64,000 bases of DNA from Eledone cirrhosa (Eukaryota): NCBI GenBank assembly GCA_964016885.1, contig OZ024746.1, positions 16,802,001 to 16,866,000 of the forward strand, read 5' to 3'. The position numbers and the translations under genes are program-made. The number at the start of each line of letters is the position of its first letter. Positions within the stretch are counted from its first letter, which is position 1. The notes beneath the pieces were generated by a model. The model saw only the letters and a program-made list of their open reading frames with translations, had not been told where the DNA came from and made no database searches. Positions 1-14,600 of the stretch are shown piece by piece.

Positions 1-129
1 GGACCGTTGTCTCTCGTAGGTTTCCTGGGTGTTTTAATGTATCTTGAACATGTTGGAATTTTTTTTTTTTTTTTAAATGAAGTTTTTTTAATCTATCTAT
101 GCCTTAAATTATATTTAATTTTTCTTCAG

Positions 130-207
130 GCAAAAGAAGGACGAGCTGTGGATTTAAGTGGAGGTATAATGGTCACATCAATTTCAATGGATGGCTCAGC
201 TTCCTAA
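130..207 (+). CDS. Possible terminal exon of an unidentified gene convergent with NUP93
   Basis: Polypyrimidine tract plus cag at 127-129, then AKEGRAVDLSGGIMVTSISMDGSAS*, with AATAAA at 494-499. Frame and identity are not established. Confidence 0.35.
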   Translation, partial: AKEGRAVDLSGGIMVTSISMDGSAS

Positions 208-2865
208 CTAAAACTGACCTAAAACCATCACTCATTGGAAGGATGAGGCTAAACTTGTGCCAAGTATTGGAATATTTCTTGTGACAGTAATCTCCTCTCA
301 AAGCAGTCCTACAAGAGTCACTCATAGCTGCTGAGATTGTATATAGACAGAATGATACAAGGAAAAAAGAAAAGACAATTGCTGCCAAACAATTTCACAT
401 TTATATTCATTTTTTTAAAGGGGGTGGGGCAATACACAACGATACGATATCCTACGTTTATTGCATGGAAGACAACTTTATGAAAAAGTGCCTAATAAAT
501 ATGTATGAAAATATCTATTTCCAAAACTTACATTTTCAGAAAGCTACATGGTGAGAGTTTAGCTTCAAAACACTAGGACATCATTAGTGAAAAGGAAAAT
601 GTGTGTGATAGAGAGTGAGGTGCATCTAAAATAGAATTAACAGAAGCTGCTATATTGTTGAATTGGCCTTTAAAAATATGACGGCAAATAAAGCAGCAGG
701 ACCCTAAGGAATAGCACTGTCAAAAATATCTGGTGATATTGGACAGTGCAAGCTACTTGTACAGTCAATCAGTTATCCCCTAATACTGATATGGCAGTAA
801 CATCAACTGCTAGAAGGAGCAACTACAGAAGTATAAAACTGATAGACCAAGTTACAAAAGTATCAGAAAAGGTTATAAATACAGTTAATTAGGAAGATAA
901 TTATTGGCTTTATGCTAAAATAGGGATTCACTGATGTCTTAGTGAATCAACTACTGGCAAAGTTCTTAGCTAAGAGCAAGGCACTTTACCTACAGAAAGC
1001 CTTTCACAGAGTACTTTACTTGTGTATATGAATGACCTGTGAAAGCTGTGCAATCTAAGGACAAAGATGTTGAGAGTTAGCAATGAAGGTAGGTGTCCAT
1101 CAGAATTCAATTCTTAGATATTCCTGTTTATTATAGTCCTTCAGACCCAAATAGGGGAGTTTAAGATTAACTGTAAGGGTCAAAACACTTGAGGGAGATT
1201 GCTTCTCTGAAGACTTTCTGCTGTCCAGCTTACCTGAGTTTCTTACCACTAACTATTTGGGAAGTCCTGTATAACAATAACCAACTTCTTATAATTGAAG
1301 AATTGGAGGAAAAATCAAGAAGCCTCAAAATGAATTTAACAAAGATAAAAGTTTTAGTTAGTGGGAACAGAACTCTTTCTGGAAAGTGATCAGTAAAAAT
1401 TCTATAGTGTGTTCTTAATGTAAACTAAAGGTGCACACAAGATATTAGAAATTCATTTTATATATTCTAAAGAAATGAATTTTAGTAAAGAATTTAAACT
1501 ACTCATACATGTTAAACCTTTTGCCTTGATTCTATGATAGAAATTTTCCTTATATAATTGTTTCTACTTTTGGCACAAGACCAGCAATTATTCCAGTACA
1601 TTACTGGTACTTTATTTTATCGACCCCGTAAGGATGAAAGGCAAAGTTAACCTATAATGATCATCACTTATACTTATTCAAAAAACCTTCCAATCATACT
1701 TTTATGTAAGTACCTTTATGTTAGACATCAACTTAATTATAGTAAATCCTTCCAAATTCTTGATTATTTTCAAAATGATTTGAAAATCCTAAAGTCTTTT
1801 ATTAGAAATATGGTAACATAAGCATGTAAACCTTAATTTTTACATTGACCAAAATACAGTTCCACTATGACAAAAGTGCAGCCAATTGACCAGACCCTCC
1901 AGTTCTACACTGTAAAAAACCCATCCAAAATACAATTTCATTTGAACAAGGTCAGGCATGTCTTATAGACGACCAGTCAAACTGTTGCAAATGTGGAAAA
2001 GAGATATTAAGTTTAAGAGTATAATCAGTTTATGACTGGTATTTAATTGAACAATCTTGGAATAAAGTAAAACAAAGTTATTCTTGTTGATATCTCGACT
2101 ACCAACATAGAGCTAAGAAACCAACTTCATATAAAGTCTTTCTTGTACCAAGAGCTTAACCCAATTTTTTTATGGTATTAAATAACTACAAAATTCCACC
2201 TTGGATAGGATGCCAGTTCTTCACGGGGTTAACTCTAGCTGCAGATAGTACTCATTTTCAATAGAGTACACTGGAATAATGTGAAATATGGTGCCTTGTC
2301 TGGTGGGGACAAATTGTTGCCAAATCTGGGAATCAAACCATAGGATCATGAAACCAACACACCACTAAGCAACAAATCTAGGAATATGAGACTAACCACT
2401 AAACCACATGCTTTAATTCATTCGTCTTCATCATCATACAACATCCATCTTCCCTGCTAGCAAAAGCTGGACAGATTTTCACAGAGTCAGTACTGAATGG
2501 AGCTATTGACCTCTCAATAATATATAATAAAATGTACAAAACAAAACATTCTAACTTATAAAGACATATAGACACACACATATACATACAAGTGTATATA
2601 TATATGGACACATACATGTATATATATATGTGTGTGTGTGATTTATTTCTTTTAATTGGCAGTTTTTATATATAGACACATACATATATATATATATATA
2701 TATGTGTGTGTGTAATTTATTACTTTTTATTGGCAGTTTTCGCATATAAAAAAAAAGTGTCTTTCATACAATTTCCCTCCTCTTTACAAATATGTTTGGA
2801 AAGAAGTCAAAATCCCTTCTAAATTCCATTGTTCACAGAAGATAATAGAATAAAGATGTTTAACT

Positions 2866-2985
2866 TCAGTTCATTTGTACTTCTAACTGAACCAAACGAG
2901 CATTTGTATCTCCAGGCAGTCGATAGGGTAACATTCCAACAAACATAATTAGAGCTTTGGCTTTACTCCGCAATTGATTTAAACT
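2866..2985 (-). CDS. NUP93: NUP93 terminal coding exon 23
   Basis: [42 protein letters not shown]; 120 nt. Confidence 0.94.
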   Translation of the reverse strand, partial: SLNQLRSKAKALIMFVGMLPYRLPGDTNARLVQLEVQMN

Positions 2986-5630
2986 CTGGAAAAGAAAACA
3001 GAATAAAGTATTTTAGCACATTAAAATGTTGTTTTTAGGCAAAATATGTAAATTTTTCTAAGAGGACTGAAAACTAATTGTATTTCTAAACTTTATGTAA
3101 CTTGAATTAGAGAACCTTATACAGGAATCATCATTACTATTTTACACCTGCTTTTCTACTGCCAGATGTCAACCTATACTTTACTTTTTTACAAGGTGTA
3201 CTGGGTGCATTTTGTCGTTGCACCAACACTATCACTTTCCAGAGTGCACTGGGTGCCTTTTACTGTGCCACCAGCAGTTGAAAGTTTGTCATAATCTTGG
3301 CCAGTGTGAAGAGTCCTCTCTAATCCTGACAAAAATTAAACCCACAAACTTAGAACCATGAAACCTACACCCTAATCACTAGGTCACACATCTTCTAAAA
3401 CTGAGATACTTTCTACAGGATTTCAGTAAACTATTAGATAGTTGTTACATTCAATATCTAAGTATGGCAAAAGATCTTCCATTGAAAACACATCGAACAC
3501 TAAAACTGGCTCAAGCAAGACTATTTGAAGGATGTCACCTAACAATACACCCTTTCAGACTTTGATAAGTTAAATACTTACAGCTTCCTGACCACTACCC
3601 ATAGCTTTGATTGGTCCTGGACTTTGGGGAAATGACTTCCTAGAGATACAAAAATGTTAAAAAATTAGAGTGAGACACAAGATATTAAAATAGATTACAT
3701 ATCAATGTCAACATAAATGTAACAGAAATAAAACTAATATCAATACAGTATTATGGGGGGGGGGGGGTGTCATACAGTATTATTATCGACTAGGGTGATG
3801 GATTGGGTGAGGTGTTGGAGCAATAGATGTCATACAGTAATACATAGTATGAACTAGTGGGGAGGGAGGTTTTAGAGCAACAGTTGAATGTCATACAGTA
3901 TTTATTCCAGCTTATGTTCTGAGGTCAAATCACTTCTATTTTTTAATATATACACAAATCTTCATGGTCTTCTAATGCAGCACCATTCAACATATCACAA
4001 TTCTGTGAGATTTTACACAAAGTTTTGATGGATGTATTCATAACTACATATTGCTATAACAGAGTAGTCTGGTTGTTTATACTGAAACTAACAATAAAGA
4101 AATTCTTTTTCCAACTTTTTCCACAGTAAAAAATAAAGTGCAGGTGGATTTACAAGAGACATTCTCAATAGTTTTGGTATGGGAGTTTCAGCTGCACTGT
4201 ATCAGTTTGAGTTAGTGTTTAGGTAAAGTATTGGATCTCATTAACCCAAAATATATAAAACAGAACCAATTATACAGGGTGGGCCAAATGTCACAAACAA
4301 GCCTGAAATTTAATAAAATCTAAACAATTATTTTGCCAAAAATGGATGTCATTTACGAGTTATTTTTTACACCTAGCATCCATTTATTTCCACATATACT
4401 GTATATAATGCTATATTTGAAAAAAAAAAAAAAAAAAAGAAAGTTATTAAATATTGAAACCCCTTTCTGACTTTTTGCTAAACTCTGTATGATTTCACAT
4501 TGAATTTAAATCAATCTACTCACCTTGTTTGTCGGTAAATGGCGTTGAGGATTTGCATCGTGGCTAACAGAATATCAGGTAAACATTTGCGAATCTAAAA
4601 TAAATAAATTATATATGTGGTAAAATGCTCTTTCTCAAAGAATTTTGTTTCATTTCTACCCTTGCTTACTTTCTTCTTTCTTTCTATTTCTTCTTAAATT
4701 TCTCATTCTATTTTCTGATGAAGGACTAGTGTCCAAAACTTTAAGACTTTTTCTATTATATTAAGTGTGAAACTAATATATATCTTCATTGTACTTCATC
4801 GTCTATTGTTTTTTTCGATTTATAAATATATATATAGTTCATGGATTACTATAATCCGAAGAATAAGTAAACTAATCATACATTAAAGAAAAGTGCACCA
4901 GTTAACTTGCTTTATATCCCTATTTGTTGGACTTAGTTATGTGATTTAAAGGGACACATACATATATGTTTATTATCATCACCACAATTTAAGGTTTATT
5001 TTCCATGCTGCAAGGGTTAGACTGGTCTGGTGACCATATGTTCCATTTTTGGCTTGGTTGTCTATCACTGGATGCCCTTTCTAATGCCAACCACTTTATA
5101 GAGTGTAGTAGGTGATTTTTGTTATTTTGTCATGGCAGCAATACTACCACCTTACAGAGTGTACCAAGTACGTTTTGTCATGGCAGCAACACTACCACCT
5201 TACAGAGTGTACCAAGTACGTTTTGTCATGGCAGCAACACTACCACCTTACAGAGTGTACCAAGTACATTTTGTCATGGCAGCAACACTACCACCTTACA
5301 GAGTGTACCAAGTACGTTTTGTCATGGCAGCAACACTACCACCTTACAGAGTGTACCAAGTACGTTTTGTCATGGCAGCAACACTACCACCTTACAGAGT
5401 GTACCAAGTACATTTTGTCATGGCAGCAACACTACCACCTTACAGGGCACAGTGGGTGCTCTATGTATAAATGTGCTTATATTTACACCAGTCTAAAAAC
5501 AGGTGGTGTTTATGATGCATCCCTTTAAATCATGTAACTTAGTAGTTCAATAAATAGAGTTAGATAAAATAAGTGGTAGGGGTAATACGAGCGACTAAAC
5601 TCTTTAAGGCAATGTCCTATATATAAAGAT

Positions 5631-5694
<64 letters not shown>

Positions 5695-8600
5695 CATACA
5701 TACACATGATAAGTTAATGTGTGAAAAAGGAAGGAAAAATACTTAGATAAACATTCATGGGGTCTTACACATGTAGTTGTATTTTTAAGCAAGTACAACA
5801 CATGAAGTATCATTTTAAACCAAGTACAACATATGAAACATTGTTTTAAACCAAGTACAACACATATAGTGTTGTTTTTAATCAAGTACAAAATGTAGTA
5901 CTATTTTTAACCAAGTACAACACATGAAGTATTGTTTTTAACCAAGAACAAGATGTAGTATTGTTTTTAATCAAATACATCACATTTTCTTACCTCATCT
6001 GAGAAATAGTTGAAATTAGTGATGCTATCTTTTACACAGTCAACTTCCAGGGGAACAACTTTCAATTTTCCAATCACCTGGAACATATAATATCAAGAAT
6101 ATAGATTTTTTTTGATCAAATATAGCATAAATATCCTTACACAGACAGAGTTATTAGAACACAGCAAGTGTATTAAGACCATTTTCTCTGCTAAAACAGG
6201 GGGCTAGATTTGCAGGCTCCATATTCATCATTTGCTCCTTTTTGTAGAAATTGTTTTAGTTGTCACGTATGATCCATAGGGATATGATGTGCCTAATCTA
6301 AAACAACAAGATAAACATCTTTGATTTATGCCCATCTTTCCATGCAGACATTCTTAGTTGACTTTTGATCCAGCAGGATATGGGGTTCCTATTATAAAAA
6401 TCCCAAGGTACACACAGGATTATCCATCAGTTTCCTTTCTGACATAGCATATCTAGGACTATGTTATCCAAAATGTCTTTCACTTTTTTAAGAGGTGGAG
6501 TATCATTTGTGTGAGATTTGACTCTTATTTCTAGCAGTTTGAGTAACAATGTATAGGCCTAGCAAAACCACATAGTTGATCATGCGAATGTATAAATAGT
6601 ATGTAGAAAATACATTATTTTATTTCACTATTTTACTTACTATATATACTTATGACTAAATCTTACCAATGAATAAGTTGCACCTCCATTTTACATATAT
6701 TTACAATATACTTTATATTTTGAATTGAGGTTTTGTAGCTACAGAAAATAAGTTACATGCTGGAGTGTAGATACAATAAATAAAATGCATGCTGGGTTTT
6801 CACAGGTATTTGGGGGGAAAAAGGTGTGACTTAGACATAAGTATGTACAATATTTCTTTATAAATATAATGCTTCCTTTCTATTTAATTTGATATGTCTC
6901 ACAACAAATGATTCAATTTCATTGACTCCATTAGACTTGAGAGATGGAAGATTCTTATTCCTAGGGATAGTGAGTTTAAAACAAAGACATACCTCTAAGG
7001 CACCAGAGAGGTTACCACTGTGATATTGGTCGAAAAAGGTCATCAAATCTAACATGAGGAAGAAAGTGTTGGTATTGTCCCTCGTTGCATTATGTCCAAG
7101 TGACTGGTATCTGTAGGAAAATATAGTAATAGATATATGAAGATGATACACACACACACACACATATATATATATAGTTGTAGGGTTGCAGGTAAATGCG
7201 TCCGTAGGCGATATGCCGGTTGAGCACTCGATGCTTGTGCAGAGCAGAGTATATTAATATAGATAATGAGGAATCAGTAATGCATCAGACCACAATTTAT
7301 GTTAATAAATTGTGGTTTGATGTATTACTGATTCTTCGTTATCTATATTATATATATGAGAAAGATGAGATCCAACAAATTAGTCAGTAACAGTGGTGGA
7401 CCCTAAACACGGAGTAGTAAAAGATCACTAAAAAATAATAGAACGTTAATACTTACCGCTGGGCAATGTCCAGAGCCAGAGCTCGGAGTCTTTCTCGGTT
7501 GGACTGTGGTAAATTAGGCTGGGAAACAACAGCGCTCAGCAGTTTGTTTAATAAAATCATTACTTGGTCATGTGACTGAAAAATAAATTATTACATTTTT
7601 ACAATAATTATTTAATATATTGAAACAAGTAGGGAACAACAGGATTTGGAATCAGAATACAAAGATCCAGAACAAATACTACAAGGCGCCTCATTCAATG
7701 CTCTAACAATTCTGTTAATCCACTACTCTAAACTGGTACTTTATTTTATCAACCTCAAAAGGCCAAATCTTGCTGTGGCTTAGATTTGATCTGTCACATG
7801 GTTTAACACCATCACCTGGCTCTTCAATACATTTAGCAGTGTCCACTCTGTTATATACAACAGGCCAGGTCTCAGCTATGAAAATACCTTTCTTCCACCT
7901 TCTCATTGAAGTTTGAGGCCCTGAAAAAAAGAGTCATTAGCACTGTCCTTCCTTCCCTTCCTGTCTCCCCATCCTCACCATCTTCATTATCATTATTGTT
8001 TTGGTGGATTGGCAGTATCGGTAGAGGGTCGGACGCCATGCTTTCCAGCATAGTTATGTCCCTTTATGATCTGAGTTCAAATCCCGCCGAGGTTGACTTT
8101 GCCTTTCATCCTTACGGGGTCGATAAAATAAAGTACCAGTAATGCACTGGGTAATTGCTGGCCTTGTGCCTAAAGTAGAAACAATTATTGTTTTTACATC
8201 AACCATTCCATACTGGTAATATTTTACAACCAGATGTTCTTTCTGAGACCAACCCTTTTAGTTGCATCTTATAAAAAAAAACAACTCCCAGGTTTTGAGG
8301 AATTAGAAGAAAGAGCAAGAAATAACTTACATGTGCCAGGTCATATAATTTAACAGCTTCTTCAAAGAATCCTTTATCTTGGGTACTTTTTGCCACTAGT
8401 TTTATAATGTCTTCACTATCAGCTTGGAATTTGTCTATCGCTCCAGGCTAAAAAGAGAGAGAAAAAAATGTCCCGATTTTAATAATTTCAAGTTTTGAAT
8501 AAAATTTAAAATAAAGGGTTAAATAAATATTTCTTGAACCCTTTTGTTATTATATTTCTGATGACACTAACTATGGCTTTAAGATTTATAATTTGAACAG

Positions 8601-11600
8601 ATTTAATAATATAACTTTCTTTTTATTAAGTTGGTGCTTGGAATATAACTTAACAAAGGTTCTTATATAAAACTAGTGGTCCAGTGTCATCAATAATGAA
8701 GGTAATAGAGTTGAACATTGGAATATAACTTAACAAAGGTTCTTATATAAAACTAGTGGTCCAGTGTCATCAATAATGAAGGTAATAGAGTTGAATGTTG
8801 GAATATAACTTAACAAAGGTAGGAACAACAGTAAGAACACTTTACAAAATTTGAATGAAAGAATTTGATAAACTTACTAGACGAATACCATCTTGGTTGA
8901 GTTTACCTAACATCATTTCAAACTGGAAAGAAATTATTGAAAATGAATTAAAACAAAAAAAAAATATAGATCCCCAAAAGTCATTTTTTCAGTTTTTATG
9001 GTATTTTTGTAAATAAGAATTCTAATCATTTCATAAATTCAGACATGAAAGAGTTAAGATGATAGGATATGATTTGAAGATTATTTGGCCTGCTATTTCT
9101 AGCAGATCAAGCAACCATATGATAGGTTTCCTCATTAGCTTTTTGTTTCAGATTTAGTCACATATAAATGGGAAGTTGTATAAAATGACAAAATAACAAG
9201 TATCACTCAATATAATATATCATAAAGTACTAACCTCTTTAGTTTCAAAGATAAGTTCTGTCACACATGACATAAATAGGTTTCCTTCAGTGGAAGATTT
9301 GATATTCCTTGAAAAATAGAAACAATATATATATATATATTTAAAGAAAGTGAGATTTGTATTATATACACGAGAGGATGCTGAAAAATTCTTGTGTTGA
9401 ATGCTGCTACAGAAGCCTGCTTGGAGGCTCAACCTTCCAAGATCTTTTTACAGGGCTTAGGAAAATGGAGGACCACTGCAATAAGTATGTGAATCTGAGA
9501 GGGGAATATGTTGGATAAAATCATAATTAAGAGATCCTATTGTATTTTATTTTACCCAAAGCCAGAAACTATTCAGCCCCTTCTCATGTATGTATATATA
9601 TATTTTCACTGCTAAAACAATGGATAGCCTTTCAAGTCCTATGACAAGCTTCTGAATTTTTCCTTATTGTTTTCATCCCACTTCATTTTTAGCCAGGTCT
9701 TTCTTGGTATCATATATATAAATATATATTCTAAAGTGAGTGAGAATGTATGTATTTAGTATATATGGAGACAGGCATGAGTGTGTCAGGATTTTCAATG
9801 CTTTTACTGAGGGCATTAACAAAGTAAATGAAATAACTACATTTTTAGTAATTACAAAAACACACACACAGGGAAATAGAAAGACAAGCAGGCAGACACA
9901 TACCGACATGTGCACACACATACATATACACACAGATAGACAGTCACATACACACAAATAGACAGACAGACAAAAACACACACAAAATATGCATGGGAAT
10001 ATATTAGTTTTGAGAAATATAAAAAGTGATAAAAATTACAAATGTGAAATAAAATAAATAGTTTTTCACTTTAACATATTATGAGACATTGACGGAGAGA
10101 GAGAAGATAAAAATAGTGATTTACCGTAAGAAAAAGAAATAGTGGAGAGCTTCTCGTGGATCAGTGGCCTCAAACTTTCGGGTATACATCATGATGAGAC
10201 GAGCAAAGTTTAGTCGACGTTGTGGTGATGGATCTGCAGAATCTTGAGTTACTACAAAGTAAAACAAAATATTTGTATATAAAAATTAAATAAAAGTAAA
10301 ACATAAACAAATATTCACTCCACAAACTGTAGAAATAAATTCTAAATAAACTGGGAACAACAACAAATTATTTCTATCTAGAAAGCTAAATTAACCCTTT
10401 TGATATCAAACCTTCCTAAAAAGGTCCATCGTTCTATGATGAAAACCTTTGTTATCAAGTGTTTATATTTTTTTCTAAAAATCTTCCATCATAATTCTAT
10501 GTTAGAACTTTTGTTAAGTTATGCTCCAAATACCAGCTTAATGTTAAAATTAGTTGTATTATTAAACACCTCAAAATTCTTGATTGTTTTTTCAAATTAT
10601 TTGAAAATCATAGACAGTATCTTTCATTAGAGATCCTCGTTGTCATCATGGTAATGAAAGGGTTAAAGTGTGTATATTTATCTAAAAACCTTCATCATAA
10701 TCTTATTTATAATCCTTTGCCTAACTTAATTGATACCAAGCACCCTGAAACCAGCCCTGGTTGTACAATACAAAACTGCTCGTTTTAAAATCTTTTATAT
10801 TTATCTAAAAACCTTCCATCATAATTCTATGTAAGAACCTTTGTTAATGAGAAAGTTGGTTACATCATTCAGATTCTTGATTATTTTCATCATTATTCGA
10901 AAATCATAGGCATTGTCTTACAATAGAAACACAGAGTGAACATGGACTCCATAAGTTGATGGGAAAGAAACTCATCTAGGAGGGAAGTGAGTCCAAATAA
11001 AAACTGACACAGGGTAGAAAAGACCTTTCAGTCCAGTCAGGCAACCTCTCTAGTGCTGGTGGTACAATATAATACACCCAGTCCACACTGTAAAGTGGTT
11101 GGCGATAGGAAGAGTATTTTCCCAGAAAAACCCTACCAAAACCTCTCAAGAAAGGTGAAGCTATGCTGGAAAAGACCCATCCAATGCATGGAAGCATGGA
11201 AAAATGGACATGATGAAGACTAATATTTTTCAAAAGAAATATGGTAATAAAAAGGGTAAGCAGTTGTAAGTTAAACAGCTTCAAGAAAAAGAGAAAGGCA
11301 ATGTGAAAAAATACTTACAGAGAGCTACTTGTGTTGAGGATGGAAGTAACAAGAGTTTTAGTTCAAATAATACCAAAGCAACATGGACAGCATGGCAACG
11401 AAGAGCATCAATACGAGAAAGGAACTCTAGAGCAGCTTCAAACTGACAAGTGAGGAACAACACTTGGAAGTAAAGGTATGGTTGTTGGTAGGCATTAAAA
11501 TGACTTTCACCTGTAACAATAAGAAAACACTAAATAACAAACATTTTAAGGACATTTCACTGCCAAAGCTTCTACATTGTACTTAATCATCTACATCTCC

Positions 11601-14600
11601 TGTCACTAATCCCTTAGCTTATATTTCCTCCTCCATCACCTTTAGCCATGTCTTTCTTGGACCTCCCCTTCATCTTTCCACATTCATTTCCATCATTCCT
11701 CTCACCCAATCACTTTCATCCTTCTTCAATGCATGACCCAACCATATCATACCATTTACTTTCACATCTATCACTGACTCTATTCCTCTCACCCAGTTAC
11801 TTTCATTATTCCTCAACATATGACCCAACCATATCATTCTATTTCTATTCACAACATTCATCACTGGTTCTATTCCCATCATACTCTACATTTCAATGTC
11901 TACCTTCCTCTCTCTCAACAATATTCCACTCATCCACGGGACCATTTTCGTTTCTGTTCTTTCTAGTCTCTCTACTACTCCATGTTCATTACCTATTTCT
12001 TATTTCTGTAAATCATGGCACAATGTTCCCTTCAAATGTCTTGATTCTTGTCTCACCACAGCTGACAAATTCATACAAATGCATGACCCTTACTACAAAG
12101 ACTTTTGCTGATACAAACCATATAGTCAATAAGTGCAATACCCAAGACCATTGTCAAGAGCTTTCAAAACTAATGGAGGGAGGAAGTAGCCATTTTAATA
12201 CCAACCTACCTGTTTCTATGAAACAAAACCACCTATTTTAAAGGGTTCCTACTTAAATTGAAGAGGTGGCAGCTGTGGTGATAGTAGTAGTAGTTGTGGT
12301 GATATCATGCATAAAAAGAAGGGTTAGAACTAGGAAAGGCTGCTGGTCGTAGAATCCTATCCAACTCATGCCAGCATGAGAAAGATGGATGATCATGATG
12401 ATTTAGAAGTTGTATTATTATTATTACTGATTGGCAGAATCGGTAGTATGCCAGGTCAGACACCATGCTTTGTGGCATTGAGTTCAAATCCCACCGAGGT
12501 TAGCTTTGCCTTTCATCCTTACAAGGTCGATAAAATAAAGTACCAGTAACACACTGGCGTCGACTTAATTGACTTTTCCCCCCACCAAAATGATTGGTCT
12601 TGTGCCTAATTCAGAAACAATTATTATTATTATTAGTAGTAGTAAAAGAAGTTGGAAGCTTCTTACCATATTCCTCATACAATAAAGACTGTAGTTTTTG
12701 GAGTGTGTACTGATCCTGGCCAGATGGATCCACTTCAAACTGGATCTGACAAAGTTTTAACCAAAGGTAATCTTCTGTTTTATCAGCAATTTCTGCATGA
12801 GCTTCTAATGGATCTGACTGGCTGATAACGCTGTATACAGCTCTGGAAAAAATACATGGTGGATATGATGTATAAAATGGTGCAAAACACATAACTCTTT
12901 TACTGGTTTCAGTCATTAGGCTGCGGCCATGCATATCATATACAGAACCATTTTAAGGGGACACATTAAAAAGTATAATCCTAGATATACAAAAGGACAT
13001 CAGGTGTATTCCATGTGTTAGATTAGATACACTGTATCCTTACATGTCATAAAAGGAGGCTAAATGATCAGATAGCAAAAAGGGCATTTGGCCATAAATT
13101 ACTGGCTGAAAAAAGGCCTGTGTAACTAGCTAATCTAAGTTGATATTGAGCACATAACATATATTCTGACCAATTATAAATAGCTGGACACTGAGCAACT
13201 AACATATATGCAGACCTATTGTATGTGTAACCAATTAGTCTTAAGTTGACACTGAGCAACTAATATATACTCAGAACTATTGTAGGGTAACTTGACACTA
13301 AGCAACTAACAAATACTCAGACCTATTGTATGTGTAATTAACTAGTCTTAAGTTGACACTGAACAACTAACAACTGTTTTCATCCCATTTACTTTGTAGC
13401 AAAATTTACAAAAGTGAATTCACCCCCCACCTCCATTATATGTTGTTCAGTAATTCCAGTTTATATCTCTTCCATAATACAGTAACTGAAAAACGGGGGT
13501 CATTATAAAATACAGTTTTTTTACATTATTATAAAGGCTGAAAGATATTTCATCCAACTATTTACTACAATGAAAATTAAAAACATTTTAAAAACAAAAT
13601 GGCAGTTACCTTTTGTAAGGGTCAGAGCTATTTTTGATGGTTCTGCGGTAATAATGACGAACTTTGGTCTGTGTGCTTGGCCCGAGGCTATAAACAGAGA
13701 AAGTGAAATCAGTAATAATATTCCAACTGTATATACTCATGTATAGATCACACCATTTTCCACACAACATTTTTAATGTACTATATATTTTGAATTGAGG
13801 GTCTGTAGGGCCAGTAGATAATTCACATTCTGGTTTTTCACATTTATTTTCATGAAAAAAAGGTGTGACATACACACAAGTATATATCCAAACATATTTA
13901 AGAAAATACAATGTTATATATCTATCATTATCGTTTTAATGTCCACGTTTCCTGCTAGCAAAGGTTGGACATCCTGTATTACTAGTTACTCATACCAAAC
14001 ATAATCTCACCTATAAACATATATACATTCATACATATTAGAGGAACTATGGGATAGAGAAAATAGTAACATGATATAAGCAGTCTAAGAAATACAAACC
14101 TTCTGTCATTCTTCATATATTCTGTAATAATTTCTGGGAAGTCTTTTAACTGTTGACTGAAACATCAGAAAAAAAAGTGTAAGATATACATTTATATTTT
14201 CTCTTTAACATTGGTTGGATGGGTCATCACAGACATATCTAGAAATTGTATTCTTAAATAATTGCAATTATTATTGTAAATATTTGATTTATAAATGGTT
14301 CTAAATAGCAGATATGAAAGTTCTAAGTGACATGTATCAAGGGATAAAACAGTAACTCTGAATAAAAAGATTGATACAAGGTTGGTAGAATCAACCACAA
14401 TCAAATCCATCAGCTCCCTCAGTGTTGTGTACAACTCTTTTTTTCTCTCTCTCAACCTTTGACCCTTTCCATACCAAAAGGTCTGAAACCGACCTCATTC
14501 TATGATACTAAACTGTTTATATTTATCTAAAACCTTTCCACTCTAATTTCATGCAAGGACCTTTGTTAAGTTATGTTTCTAACACCAGCATGATAATGAG

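Noticed and set aside
4708-4750. CTGATGA-AGGAC tagt GTCC-AAAAC hammerhead-like motif
   Set aside because: GAAA is replaced by AAAA and there is no convincing palindrome or helix I; at best a decayed copy.
5112-5528. Repetitive ORFs in three frames, or a CRISPR-like array
   Set aside because: 48-bp head-to-tail repeat with no spacers, intronic, eukaryotic context and no cas genes.
11648-12241. 197-aa plus-strand ORF in a NUP93 intron
   Set aside because: It is an antisense read of duplicated LINE 3' relics (WLGH motifs on the minus strand) with no recognisable domain.
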